Shown: in pieces, positions 42,401 through 50,072 of the stretch
Layout of the letters: each line of letters opens with the position of its first letter
Numbering within the stretch: position 1 is the stretch's first letter
Origin: Methanobacteriota archaeon
GTDB lineage: Archaea > Methanobacteriota > Methanobacteria > Methanobacteriales > Methanobacteriaceae
Assembly (NCBI GenBank): GCA_023430285.1
Contig: JAEZAV010000102.1
Location: forward strand, 1 to 59,417
Direction: 5' to 3'
DNA length: 59,417 nucleotides
The notes under the pieces: generated by a model
The model's input: only the letters and a program-made list of their open reading frames with translations
Databases searched by the model: none
Told to the model about the DNA's origin: nothing
Made by a program: the position numbers and the translations under genes

Positions 42401-42784
42401 AATTGTTACGGGCCCATTTATTCCATTGTAGGTGCTTGATAAATTTTGGGAATCTATCTGCTTTCCATTAAAACTAGCAGTCATGTGTACTGGTTTGTCC
42501 ACTGTCATGTCTCCAGAATAGATTACAGTGTACAATGTGGCAGATACAACTTTAGCATTCTTGGGAAGTGTTTTAAATTTGTGAGTCACGTTTTTATTTG
42601 TTCCAGATTGAAACCCATAAAATGAATCAATGTAAATCCCCCCATTAACTGTCCCATTTTTAACTGTTGTTAAGTGACCTCCAATGTTTTGTGAATCTGC
42701 TGAAACAGTTCCTAACATGGTGAAAGTCATTATTACCATTGTTAATATCAATAAAAATCTAAATTTAAATTGTTTATCGCTCAT
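36419..42784 (-). CDS. Secreted, membrane-anchored CobN/Mg-chelatase-like protein (HmuS/BtuS-like) with N-terminal DUF3344 and CARDB domains
   Basis: Signal peptide from ATG 42784. CARDB 'ESNESNN' repeats. CobN motifs YYNYPPGK, HATHEWLPGK, KRRG, DHLTPP, PTGKNF, RIDVV, FNPQWIKGMM. Q/S-rich linker and C-terminal TM helix. Confidence 0.85.
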   Translation of the reverse strand: MSDKQFKFRFLLILTMVIMTFTMLGTVSADSQNIGGHLTTVKNGTVNGGIYIDSFYGFQSGTNKNVTHKFKTLPKNAKVVSATLYTVIYSGDMTVDKPVHMTASFNGKQIDSQNLSSTYNGINGPVTINDHCNRVTSDYLLWYDVTNSIKENNTANIFTDPHDFDGRIKLISLVVAYNNGSSNKIAYWINQGHDVANTEDYVGSTKFSKLPTGNKVKDASLNVIHLSSTDGIYTFNGNIYPGSGSNNQGSYSGMDKWNVTRTCNADTINTMTYQRSGDYYKIILAILSVNYTKNSINTPDLIVSNVSVNSGNNNDLKGKFYSDNKNTVTATIKNQGTGSAGPFKLLLKLGNYNTAQQISGLASGTSTKIIFTGYKPTKNGNVILNLTVDNENVINESNESNNGYVSSFKIITSKCPDLYPKTIVVPDNLKINKNYSISVKIANKGNIKSGSFIVGLYVDGIQIGKQTIKSLAVNGNYALKFNWMPKSYGKHTLMAKVDPNKSITELNESNNELKSVQSIKNLHSVSMFLITDDPGTNIMNTAANSVINKYNNVAINLKSNSQIQTMSDTELETCLKKCDIFMANWLSTKLSTRITNILKKHPEIAKKQIFLVLEPQTDYVGLMKYSKIGGVSILQNITSTNLSNYLKNTALGTSYKTVVNYVKNSSNFPSEYNRAVLYKDIYTTKQCLNQLMWSLSYLGFNTTFANPPKDIKDPVYGIYRNGWFSYIDNKGKWHSGLDNYKKYYFHSGRPTVGLLESTKYVNSNQLMPYNAIIRDLESRNINVIPIVAYGGSSDQLEVMLRTFTNATQFNSFIKNQSQYKINVDGIVDMTAYGLGGNDFSKLTQFFKAVNVPVIAAVHSDYESNAQYELGSSGLRNIAGDKWWHIAILEAQGIVSPIFVGGQGVTLDPATGAKVQGYIPYTPNIKLLGKTLNGWTQLKYISNSNKKIALIYYNYPPGKQNIAASYLDPVQSIYNLLYVMKKNGYNVKNIPTNELLLLDEMMAQGTNIAKWAPGLVNKLANNNNSLLDEMKAYQKNNTYKIDFSKLNQTELNKLANIPGVILYPVTDFLKWFNQLDDLAKLDITQGPVAYIGEMCKRSVKLGCTDDMDTKIDSWNSQITALLPAKNINKSKPILQNIVNALKAYVKTKNNKYYLQYLKYKSQFLALKIDGMSGWGAFPGSIMTVTKNGKKYFVLPGIQFGNTLIAPEPQRGWEGNADQLYHNSVVPPHYQYLAFYAYLQQQGYDSMVYMGRHATHEWLPGKEVLPEADDFTNIVTGGVPQTYFYIMDGLSEGITAKRRGSAVIIDHLTPPMGFTQLYGGMSDLESLVEDYDGADSNKKQTIITKIKKVITENNLAADIGINLKNISQSCLISAVNKYLSDVSNTFYPDGVDVIGKKWSDDQIALLVTSILSVPKQIPTSGIKTTSLQNEVALLLKGKSYSSLNAAQQNEIQSKCIKIVKELLHQDIDVVLNKLTKKPSKNLKSLLQSAKEYSKKINESVDGEVKSFINALNGGYIPPGLANDPINNPDALPTGKNFYQDQAAEIPTLDAYIKSQTLTLTTLKNLNSKVKKIAIGLWDVETARDDGELVSMILRLLGMAPQWTDSPSAGSGGAKLQEMPVYTSLSDLVRPAGWTKKRIDVVVVIDGNFRDLYSRQVGLIDKAFKIALGRSYYTILEDKKLNAKYGTKVKTALNHIMSDIGYYGLGDESLNDNYVAYDWVQDFQYYLSKGMNTTKAGDLAISRIFAPPENDYGANIAQSVRMSWTWKNSAELANNYLNRMGHIYSDTMWGELSTDAFKRSLNGISTMYTTRNTNLYGIVDNDDFFDYWGGLSMALNRVNGKTPNMYVLKYGNGIDPTSQTISQYLNRELNTRYFNPQWIKGMMGSGYVGASYMSKFVSNLYGWQVTRPSAVSNAMWHQIVDTYYKDKNNLGVDKFLENGNNAYAKISMSGTLLTAAYNGQWKASNADLKVVANSLAQMVIAHGVACCDCSCGNVAMLKWATQFVNPDILAQFNQQLYSATQNSAFGTVSQQQSNSQQSQTQSQSEQSSSSSNSQSQSSSTAGPGEDSGKSDSDQASSESGKAYEINPQNKQNSSSQTGMPIYAILGVIAVVGLLGWGYFRSKPQ

Positions 42785-42848
42785 CAATCTAATAATCCCC
42801 CAAAACTTCGAATTCGCCATAAAAAAATGATAGAAGAAGATTTTTCTC

Positions 42849-45800
42849 CTATTTGGTTTGGAATTGGCTTACATACTCAATGTTAATGTTTCCAGCTTGG
42901 TCTTTTATAGCTCCATTTGGTATGTACAAAATGTATGCTGTTTTTGAATATCTGTTAGTTGTTTGTTGGATTGCTAGAGTATTACCCGTAGTTTTTTTGT
43001 TAATGCTCACTGTTTGTCCGGTTTTAAGATTTTTAAGATAGATTTTGTTGTAGTTAACTCCTTGAATTATGTTTTCACTGAATTTTAGTGTTATAGGGCC
43101 GGTTATTGACAGTTTTATGCTATTTTTGGTCGGAGTAATCTGTGTTATCTTCGGGGCGGTTTTGTCTATTGTGTATTTTTGAATGTATATTGGTGATTTG
43201 TTTCCTGCTTCGTCGATTGCTATAAATTTGAGTAGTGTGGATTTTGTCAATTTAAGTGAATTATTGTACTTATTGCTCTGTTTGGTGGGGTTAACACCAT
43301 TTGTTGTGTAGTAAATATTTCCAGATTTGTTCATTGTTAATTTAACTGCCAAATCTGTTTTGTATAACCCCTGTTTAACGTTAACATTTGCTTTTGGAGG
43401 TATTTTATCGATTTTATAGGTTTTAGTGTAAATACTTGACACATTGCCCGAAAGATCTACTCCGAAGAACTTTATTGTTTTGGTGCTTGAGATGGTGATT
43501 GGAGAGGCGTATTTTTTACTTGAAGTTGTTGGTTGGGTTCCGTCTAAAGTGTAGTAAATAGTTCCAGGTTCGTTAATTGAAAGCTTCAAGGTTTTTGTTG
43601 TGTTGTATGAGCCATTTTTCAAGTTTGTATTGACTATTGGTTTTGTTTTATCTGGATTTAGCACTTTTATTATGCTTGTAAAGTCACTGGTCCCTGAAAT
43701 GTTTGTTACTGTTAGCTGGACCGTGTAAGTTCCTGCATTTGCGTAGACATGTGTAGGATATTGTTCAGTACTAGTGTTTCCATCTCCAAAATTCCATTGG
43801 TAGGTCCATATGTTACCTATAGATGTGTCATTGAATGTTACACTTAGTGGATTTGTCTTGTTCTTTACAGTGGATGTAAAATTTGCAACTGGGAGTGGTT
43901 CAGGGTATTCTAAAACCAAAAATTGTTGACATACTCCTAAACAGGTTCCTGTCTCTTGGATTGATGCTAAATTACTGAAGTTGTCCACATACTGTGTCAC
44001 ATTAATATCCCCGAACCAGAATGAATTTGGGACACTGGAGTAACCTGAAGGTGCATGTAAAAATCCGTTTTCAACAGTGTTGCCGTTGAATATTAAGTTT
44101 CCTTCATTGTTATCTGCTGCAGATTCAAATGATATTAATGTGGCACTTTTAATGTTCTGGATATCCCTTACACTTCCATTAAAATGAACTAATGTAGTTG
44201 CATCATCGATAGTTGTTCCATAGTCATTGGATGTTCCTAAAAGATCAAATCCATCATTGATGAATATTGTTTTCTGTGTGGATTTTGGGTCTTGGTAGAC
44301 TACGCTTAACGTTGTTGGATACAGTGCAACTCCACTTGTTCCATTTAGCATTGTTAGATTGTTGTTGCCATTTTTGTTGAAGTAGGAAGTCACATTAAAT
44401 GTGAGTAAACCGTATACTGCATTACCGTATGTTCCGAAGTTACTTGCATCTGAATACCATTTAACGTATGAAATATTTTGTCCATTGAAAGAAAATTTAG
44501 CAGTGCCTGGGAAAATATTTTTACTATCCCATGTGTATGGAATGTACAACCATGCCTCTACTGTATTTCCTGTTGATGGAATTTTAATATCTGTTGATTT
44601 CCAGTTTACAGTGTCTCCAATGAGCTTACCACCATAAGTGGAGTCTCCATTTGAATAGACTATTCCTCCGCGCAGATCGTAGTATCTTTGTGTGGAATCA
44701 TCCCCACCGTATTCATCCTTTTTGCCTTTATACCCATTGTAATAAACAGGGCACGCTACACTTGCAAGTTGGTTATTGGTTTCTGCATTGTTGTTGGAAT
44801 TTGATTCTGGTACTGTATTTTTAGGATCAACGTTTGCAGTGTAGGTTACGTACTTTACATTACTATTTTTGAAGGTGGCGTTTTCAGTTACAGGACGATT
44901 TGTTGGATCGTAGACAGTTAAAGTAATCTGAGCGCCGCCTGCTAATTCAGGAACATCGACTGTAGTAAATGGGCCGGAATCAACATCACTAGCATATATA
45001 TCCAGTTTTGTAGCTGCTGAAGCATCTTTTCCATTATTTTTAATTGTTATTAATATTTTATTTGATTTTCCTGTGAATACTGTGCTTTTAACAGGAACGG
45101 TCACAGAAGTCACAGTTAAATCACATTGTGGTGATATATGGATGTAATTTGTAGTTGTTAATGATCCTGTGCCTCCCGGACCCGTTACTGTTAAATTTAC
45201 TGAGTAGTCTCCAGGAGCATCATATTTCCATGTTGGATTTTGAGCTGTGCTGTCGATAACCCCGTCATTGTTGAAATCCCATGCCCAAGATGTCACTGGG
45301 CCAATTGATTTGTCACTGAATTGTACTTCTAACGGATCTACACTTGTTGTTTTGTCTGCTGTAAAATTTGCTTCGGGTGCTGGTGTTGTAACTGTTAAAA
45401 TTGCCATTATTGTTTTAAAAGAAGATCCAATATTTGTGTATGAAAATGTGCTGTTCTGACCAGCAATGATGTTGTTGGTTACGTCCCAATTATTGTTTAT
45501 AATATATTTTATAGGGTCTGTAGGGTTAGCCCCAATGAGTGAGGCTCCATTATAATTGTATGAAGCATCTGAAGATGATAATCCAATATTTTGTAGATGA
45601 CCATTCGTAAATCCATTGCTAACATTGCTTGTTTCAAATGTTGTGTTTGATGTCGTTTTAGTCCAATCATCACCAGAATTTATCCAGTACTGCACTGTTT
45701 TAGTACTTCCATCGTTGTATGCAACCACAAGCATCAACATCTTCAGTCGACCATCAAAAGCAGAACCTCCAATATTTTCAGTTTTTATCTTTGCATTAAC

Positions 45801-46259
45801 GGATGTACCTTTGATAAGAGATGTCACATCATAACTCAGAAGATAATCCGAGTAGACTTTATCCACATGATCGTTTAGCCAGTACACTGTACCATCTGAT
45901 GTTGATGCAATGTTAAGATCTTCAGTACCTAAAGTTGTGTAAGTACCATCACCGTTTCCATCAAAGGAGACTGTTGCTTTCCCTGCTCTACTATCAGTTC
46001 CTGCAGCATAAACATCAGCATAAACTCCTGCGTATTTAATATTTTTAGATGGAATGTTGTAGGTTTGGTTAAATTCCTTTAATCCTGGTGTAGTGCTTTG
46101 GCTACCCCATGGGATCGGTTGGTAAGCACCCACATATACGCCTCCTGAAACCTTTCCCGAATGTGTAGTGTTTAATGGTGCTGTAGCAGCCGAAGCTGAT
46201 CCGCACAAAACAAAAACAGACAATACACCAAGAATTATATAAATTAAAAGTTTTTTCGT
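42849..46259 (-). CDS. Cell-surface protein: DUF3344-PKD-CARDB-DUF3344-PKD-chitobiase/Fn3-like x2-Ig-like (apparent ACG start)
   Basis: PKD motifs (WAWDFNNDG, WNFGDG), CARDB (VPESNSNNN), YYTLDGTQPT/YYTTNGVNPT repeats, ITLKFSENI. A full signal peptide (KKLLIYIILGVLSVFVLCGSASA) appears only if translation starts at 46259. Confidence 0.8.
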   Translation of the reverse strand, partial: TKKLLIYIILGVLSVFVLCGSASAATAPLNTTHSGKVSGGVYVGAYQPIPWGSQSTTPGLKEFNQTYNIPSKNIKYAGVYADVYAAGTDSRAGKATVSFDGNGDGTYTTLGTEDLNIASTSDGTVYWLNDHVDKVYSDYLLSYDVTSLIKGTSVNAKIKTENIGGSAFDGRLKMLMLVVAYNDGSTKTVQYWINSGDDWTKTTSNTTFETSNVSNGFTNGHLQNIGLSSSDASYNYNGASLIGANPTDPIKYIINNNWDVTNNIIAGQNSTFSYTNIGSSFKTIMAILTVTTPAPEANFTADKTTSVDPLEVQFSDKSIGPVTSWAWDFNNDGVIDSTAQNPTWKYDAPGDYSVNLTVTGPGGTGSLTTTNYIHISPQCDLTVTSVTVPVKSTVFTGKSNKILITIKNNGKDASAATKLDIYASDVDSGPFTTVDVPELAGGAQITLTVYDPTNRPVTENATFKNSNVKYVTYTANVDPKNTVPESNSNNNAETNNQLASVACPVYYNGYKGKKDEYGGDDSTQRYYDLRGGIVYSNGDSTYGGKLIGDTVNWKSTDIKIPSTGNTVEAWLYIPYTWDSKNIFPGTAKFSFNGQNISYVKWYSDASNFGTYGNAVYGLLTFNVTSYFNKNGNNNLTMLNGTSGVALYPTTLSVVYQDPKSTQKTIFINDGFDLLGTSNDYGTTIDDATTLVHFNGSVRDIQNIKSATLISFESAADNNEGNLIFNGNTVENGFLHAPSGYSSVPNSFWFGDINVTQYVDNFSNLASIQETGTCLGVCQQFLVLEYPEPLPVANFTSTVKNKTNPLSVTFNDTSIGNIWTYQWNFGDGNTSTEQYPTHVYANAGTYTVQLTVTNISGTSDFTSIIKVLNPDKTKPIVNTNLKNGSYNTTKTLKLSINEPGTIYYTLDGTQPTTSSKKYASPITISSTKTIKFFGVDLSGNVSSIYTKTYKIDKIPPKANVNVKQGLYKTDLAVKLTMNKSGNIYYTTNGVNPTKQSNKYNNSLKLTKSTLLKFIAIDEAGNKSPIYIQKYTIDKTAPKITQITPTKNSIKLSITGPITLKFSENIIQGVNYNKIYLKNLKTGQTVSINKKTTGNTLAIQQTTNRYSKTAYILYIPNGAIKDQAGNINIEYVSQFQTK

Positions 46260-46319
46260 GTTCTCTCCCCCCAGAGTAGTTTATTCTTTTACAGTTTAGT
46301 GATTGAAAACATATGAAAT

Positions 46320-46400
46320 ATAATACTTTCGATCTAATTGTTATTATTACTTTTAGAGATTAAATCGGACAATTCGTAATACAAAAAAGAATAATATTAC
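46320..46400. promoter_or_regulatory. Putative NikR-type sites upstream of the surface-protein/CobN operon
   Basis: ATAATAC-N14-TTATTAT (46320-46347), plus GTAATAC (46376) and ATATTAC (46394). Confidence 0.45.
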
Positions 46401-46626
46401 TATTGATTCAAAAATAAGGCAAATAGTAATAAATATAGCTAGAATGATCCGAAATAGTACTAAAATAATTGAAGCATTAATTCAGTAATTAATTTATTCC
46501 AGAAAGAACAGTATTGTATATACCAAATGAAAAAATAATTTCAGATGGAACATTTTTTAGTATTAAAAACTAATATATAAACAATAAGAACCGTATTAAG
46601 CCAAAAACTATTATTGGAGTAATTTC

Positions 46627-47220
46627 ATGAAGGTATTAGGAATATGTGGAAGTCCAAGAAAACAGGCCACTCATCACGTTTTAAACGAAGCATTGCAAAT
46701 GCTTGATGAAAAAGGTTTTGAAACAGAATTTTATAGTTTGCGCGGAAAAAATATTAATCCATGTAGACACTGTGACTACTGTTTGAAACACAAACAGTGC
46801 GTGGTAAATGATGATATGCAGGATATCTATCCACTTATCACAGAAGCGAAAGGCATTATCATGGCTACGCCAGTATACAACGGAGGTTTAAGTGCTCAGC
46901 TTAAGGCTGTGATGGATCGTTGCAGAGCCTTGGGAGCACGAGACTTTGATTTTCTGCGATACAAAGTTGGAATGGCCATAGCTGTGGGTGGTGACCGCAT
47001 TGGTGGTCAAGAGCTTGCAATACAGCAAATAATGACCTTTTTTATACTAACTGGTGCAATCCCAGTTAGTGGAGGGGCCTACGGTGCCAATATGGGAGCT
47101 AACTTCTGGTCTCAGGACACCCTTGAAGGTGTGAAACAGGACGAAGAAGGATTTAAAAGTCTCAGAAAAACTGTTAAAAGATTCAGCAAGTTTATTGAAA
47201 ACTTCGAAATAGAGGAGTAA
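46627..47220 (+). CDS. Iron-sulfur flavoprotein (Isf) / flavodoxin family
   Basis: GSPRK, CRHCDYC-x5-C, TPVY, KAVMDR, GGQE. Confidence 0.85.
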   Translation: MKVLGICGSPRKQATHHVLNEALQMLDEKGFETEFYSLRGKNINPCRHCDYCLKHKQCVVNDDMQDIYPLITEAKGIIMATPVYNGGLSAQLKAVMDRCRALGARDFDFLRYKVGMAIAVGGDRIGGQELAIQQIMTFFILTGAIPVSGGAYGANMGANFWSQDTLEGVKQDEEGFKSLRKTVKRFSKFIENFEIEE

Positions 47221-47258
47221 GTGAAGCAATCACCCCCTGAGTTTTCAATGGAAAATAA

Positions 47259-47293
47259 TTATAAGTTATAAGAAATAAGTTATAAGTTCTAAC
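47259..47293. repeat. Heptad array A (5 x TTATAAG-like)
   Basis: TTATAAG TTATAAG AAATAAG TTATAAG TTCTAAC. Another in-phase TTATAAT at 47315. Confidence 0.85.
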
Positions 47294-47368
47294 AAAATAG
47301 ATTTAAAGAGATAGTTATAATTAAATTTAAAGCCTAGTTGGTCTTTAAAAAAATGTATAATTAGATTG

Positions 47369-47396
47369 TTATAAGTAATAAGTTATAAGTTATAAG
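47369..47396. repeat. Heptad array B (4 x TTATAAG-like)
   Basis: TTATAAG TAATAAG TTATAAG TTATAAG, ending 11 bp before the ferredoxin start. Confidence 0.85.
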
Positions 47397-47407
47397 GAAG
47401 ATGTTAT

Positions 47408-47620
47408 ATGAAGATCATTGTAGATGAAGACAAGTGCACCGGATGTGGAATATGTAAAGAAGCCTGTCCAAAGGGTGCTAAAATATGGGATGTAAAAAAG
47501 AAAGCCATGGCAACAAACCTTGAATTCTGCCATTTATGTACAATATGTGCAGGAAAATGTCCTGAAGGTGCCATACAGGTAATTAGAGATGAACCAAATG
47601 AGAAAAAAGACTCTGAATAG
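47408..47620 (+). CDS. 2[4Fe-4S] ferredoxin
   Basis: CTGCGICKEACP and CHLCTICAGKCP. Confidence 0.9.
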   Translation: MKIIVDEDKCTGCGICKEACPKGAKIWDVKKKAMATNLEFCHLCTICAGKCPEGAIQVIRDEPNEKKDSE

Positions 47621-48173
47621 AAAAACTTCAGAAACTGACATCAGCGTAACCATGAATTTAGATGGTAACGGTGACTACGACATAAATACCGGAATAGAAT
47701 TCTTCGATCACATGCTGAATTCCTTTGCCAGACATGGATTTATAGATCTAACCATCCATGCAAATGGAGACATAGGAGTCGATGATCATCATACCATCGA
47801 AGACGTTGGAATACTTCTTGGAGAAACGTACAACGAAGTAATTGGGACAAAAAGAGGAATTAAGAGATTTTCTCATGCACTTATTCCTATGGATGATGCC
47901 TTGGCCACAGTAGCAGTTGACATCAGTGGAAGGAGCTATGCAGTATTAGATTTCGAATTTAAGAAACCTAAAGTTGGAGATATGAGCACAGAAAATGTTG
48001 AACATTTCTTTGAATCGTTTGCAAATTCTGCAAAAATTAATATCAATGCCAAAGTTGAAGGAGAAAATGATCATCATAAAATAGAAGCTTTGTTTAAGGC
48101 ATTTGCACGTGCTATTAAGGATGCTTCTTTGATCGAACACGATTCACTTCCTTCTACCAAAGGTGCGTTGTAA
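47598..48173 (+). CDS. hisB: Imidazoleglycerol-phosphate dehydratase
   Basis: RKTSETDI, FFDHML, DDHHTIED, PMDDAL, NDHHKIEA, PSTKG. Confidence 0.95.
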   Translation: MRKKTLNRKTSETDISVTMNLDGNGDYDINTGIEFFDHMLNSFARHGFIDLTIHANGDIGVDDHHTIEDVGILLGETYNEVIGTKRGIKRFSHALIPMDDALATVAVDISGRSYAVLDFEFKKPKVGDMSTENVEHFFESFANSAKININAKVEGENDHHKIEALFKAFARAIKDASLIEHDSLPSTKGAL

Positions 48174-48187
48174 AAGGAACTGTAAAA

Positions 48188-48697
48188 ATGAAAACCTTAA
48201 TTGCTTGTTACTCCTATTCAGGGCACACATTGAAAGTTGCAAAAAAATTGCAAAAGGAAATCGATGCCGATCTAACTGAGATAAAAACTGAAAAGGACAG
48301 ATGGTATCTATTTAAAATCTTAGATTCCATAAGGGAGAAAAAGGCAACAATAAAACCCTGCCAGACAGACCTCATGAATTACGATAAATTGATTCTTTGC
48401 TGTCCTGTTTGGGCAGGTAAAACTCCATCTGCAGTTAACCAATATATGTTTGAATTAAAAAATATTAAGGATAAAGAATTTGGAGTCTTTGTTACCTCGG
48501 GAGGCAATAGATCCCAAAAAGCTACCATTCAAATGAGGGAATATTTAGATCTTCAAGGTATGAAATTTTTAGGTCAAATGAGGTTGATTACCAAAGATGT
48601 TGAGAATGAAAAATATGGTGATATATTTCCATTATTCTCTGAAAAATTCAGTGATCCAAAATCAGAAAAATCCCAAGATAGTACAAAGAAAGTCTAG
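48188..48697 (+). CDS. Flavodoxin-like protein
   Basis: YSYSGHT, PVWAG, FVTSGG. Confidence 0.8.
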   Translation: MKTLIACYSYSGHTLKVAKKLQKEIDADLTEIKTEKDRWYLFKILDSIREKKATIKPCQTDLMNYDKLILCCPVWAGKTPSAVNQYMFELKNIKDKEFGVFVTSGGNRSQKATIQMREYLDLQGMKFLGQMRLITKDVENEKYGDIFPLFSEKFSDPKSEKSQDSTKKV

Positions 48698-48759
48698 GTT
48701 TTTCTCTGGACTCCCTGCATTTAATGAAAAATATGGAATGTTACCTCCATAAGTTCAAA

Positions 48760-49980
48760 TTAAGGGTTTGATTCAATTGTGAAGGTTCTTTTAAAGAAGT
48801 AATCAAACAGGTATCCAAAATCAATGCCAGATATCTTTTTTCCCTTAAATTTCTTATAAATATCCATTCGTCCCTCTTCTAGTTTTTTTGAAGTGATGCC
48901 ATGTTTTATTGACAGGTCTGCTTCGATGAATGCTGCTAGTTTATCACAGGCCTTGATCAATTCTCCATCCAGTGGATAGTATTCATTTTTATTGTACTTT
49001 CGGTTCATTTCCTTAAAATTGATCCCCTTCTTAATGGAATCCTCCACCCTTACCTTGTTTACAAACTCATCCTTAGTGAAGTAGTTCATTTCTCTTCTCC
49101 AAGATACAGGTAAGAGGGGTAGTAGTCTTGTTTTCATTTGATTCTCTTCAAATTCTTTAATTAAATCTTCAAGTCCTTTAACTGAACTTTTAACAGGGGA
49201 TATAATATCCTTCGTAAGCACCTCTGGAAGGTCGTGGAACAGTCCTGCAAAGAAATTGTTATAAAGCCTCTTTGGACATGCCTCATTTTCCATTGAAAAG
49301 AGGTAAGAAGTTATTGCAACTATGTACATATGCCCCAAAACCGAAGTTTTAGGAACACGGGGAGAATGGGCCCATCTCTCTTGAAACCTGAGCTGACCAC
49401 AGAGATCTATGAATCCAAATGACTTTTTTTCGAGGGACAGTTTCTGAACTCCTATCAGATCGTAATGATCCTCGATCTGGTTTTCTATCTCCGCTTTAGT
49501 GTCTTCAATACCATAAATAAATGGAGATGAATGATAAATGATTCTAAACTCCCAATTTGTAGCCAAATAATGTGCAGCTTTTAGTATTTTTCTTTCAAAT
49601 TTGGAATATTCAGTATCAAATAGGTAACGTTTAAAATTAGCTTCAAATTGGGGTTTAAGGCCTTTGAAATCCCCTTTCAATTTGGATATCACATGATCGT
49701 TTAGATCCTTGGCCTTTTCCTCCATCATCTTGTGGAATATTGGAGGTTTCAAATCAGTTAATATGGTTCTGTGTAAAAATTCAAAAATACCGCCTTCGAT
49801 GAGTTTTTGCCAGTTGACATCAGCATTTCTATCTTTTTCCTCAAATTTGGCAATTACATATGCTAAAACCATTTTATGTGCTTGTTTATCTAATTCTGTT
49901 AATTCTACTGGTCGGATATGATCGTTCCATCTATTCATGCTAGCTGCTTCGTAAAATCTTTCAATAAGATCCTCTATCAT
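48760..49980 (-). CDS. HD-domain phosphohydrolase (duplicated HD, YfbR-like)
   Basis: RWND, ELDKQAHK, RWA...TSVLGH, FHDLPE, ACDKLAA. Confidence 0.75.
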   Translation of the reverse strand: MIEDLIERFYEAASMNRWNDHIRPVELTELDKQAHKMVLAYVIAKFEEKDRNADVNWQKLIEGGIFEFLHRTILTDLKPPIFHKMMEEKAKDLNDHVISKLKGDFKGLKPQFEANFKRYLFDTEYSKFERKILKAAHYLATNWEFRIIYHSSPFIYGIEDTKAEIENQIEDHYDLIGVQKLSLEKKSFGFIDLCGQLRFQERWAHSPRVPKTSVLGHMYIVAITSYLFSMENEACPKRLYNNFFAGLFHDLPEVLTKDIISPVKSSVKGLEDLIKEFEENQMKTRLLPLLPVSWRREMNYFTKDEFVNKVRVEDSIKKGINFKEMNRKYNKNEYYPLDGELIKACDKLAAFIEADLSIKHGITSKKLEEGRMDIYKKFKGKKISGIDFGYLFDYFFKRTFTIESNP

Positions 49981-50072
49981 GTTACACCTGTAAAATTATT
50001 GAAAAAATCTAAAAATAATATAATTCAAAAAAAAATATTTAAACGACCAGAGTTGGCCGTTTTAAAGCATGT

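Noticed and set aside
14542..46626. Block as a recent mobile element or prophage
   Set aside because: No integrase, transposase, tRNA target or terminal direct repeats were seen, and base composition resembles the flanks.
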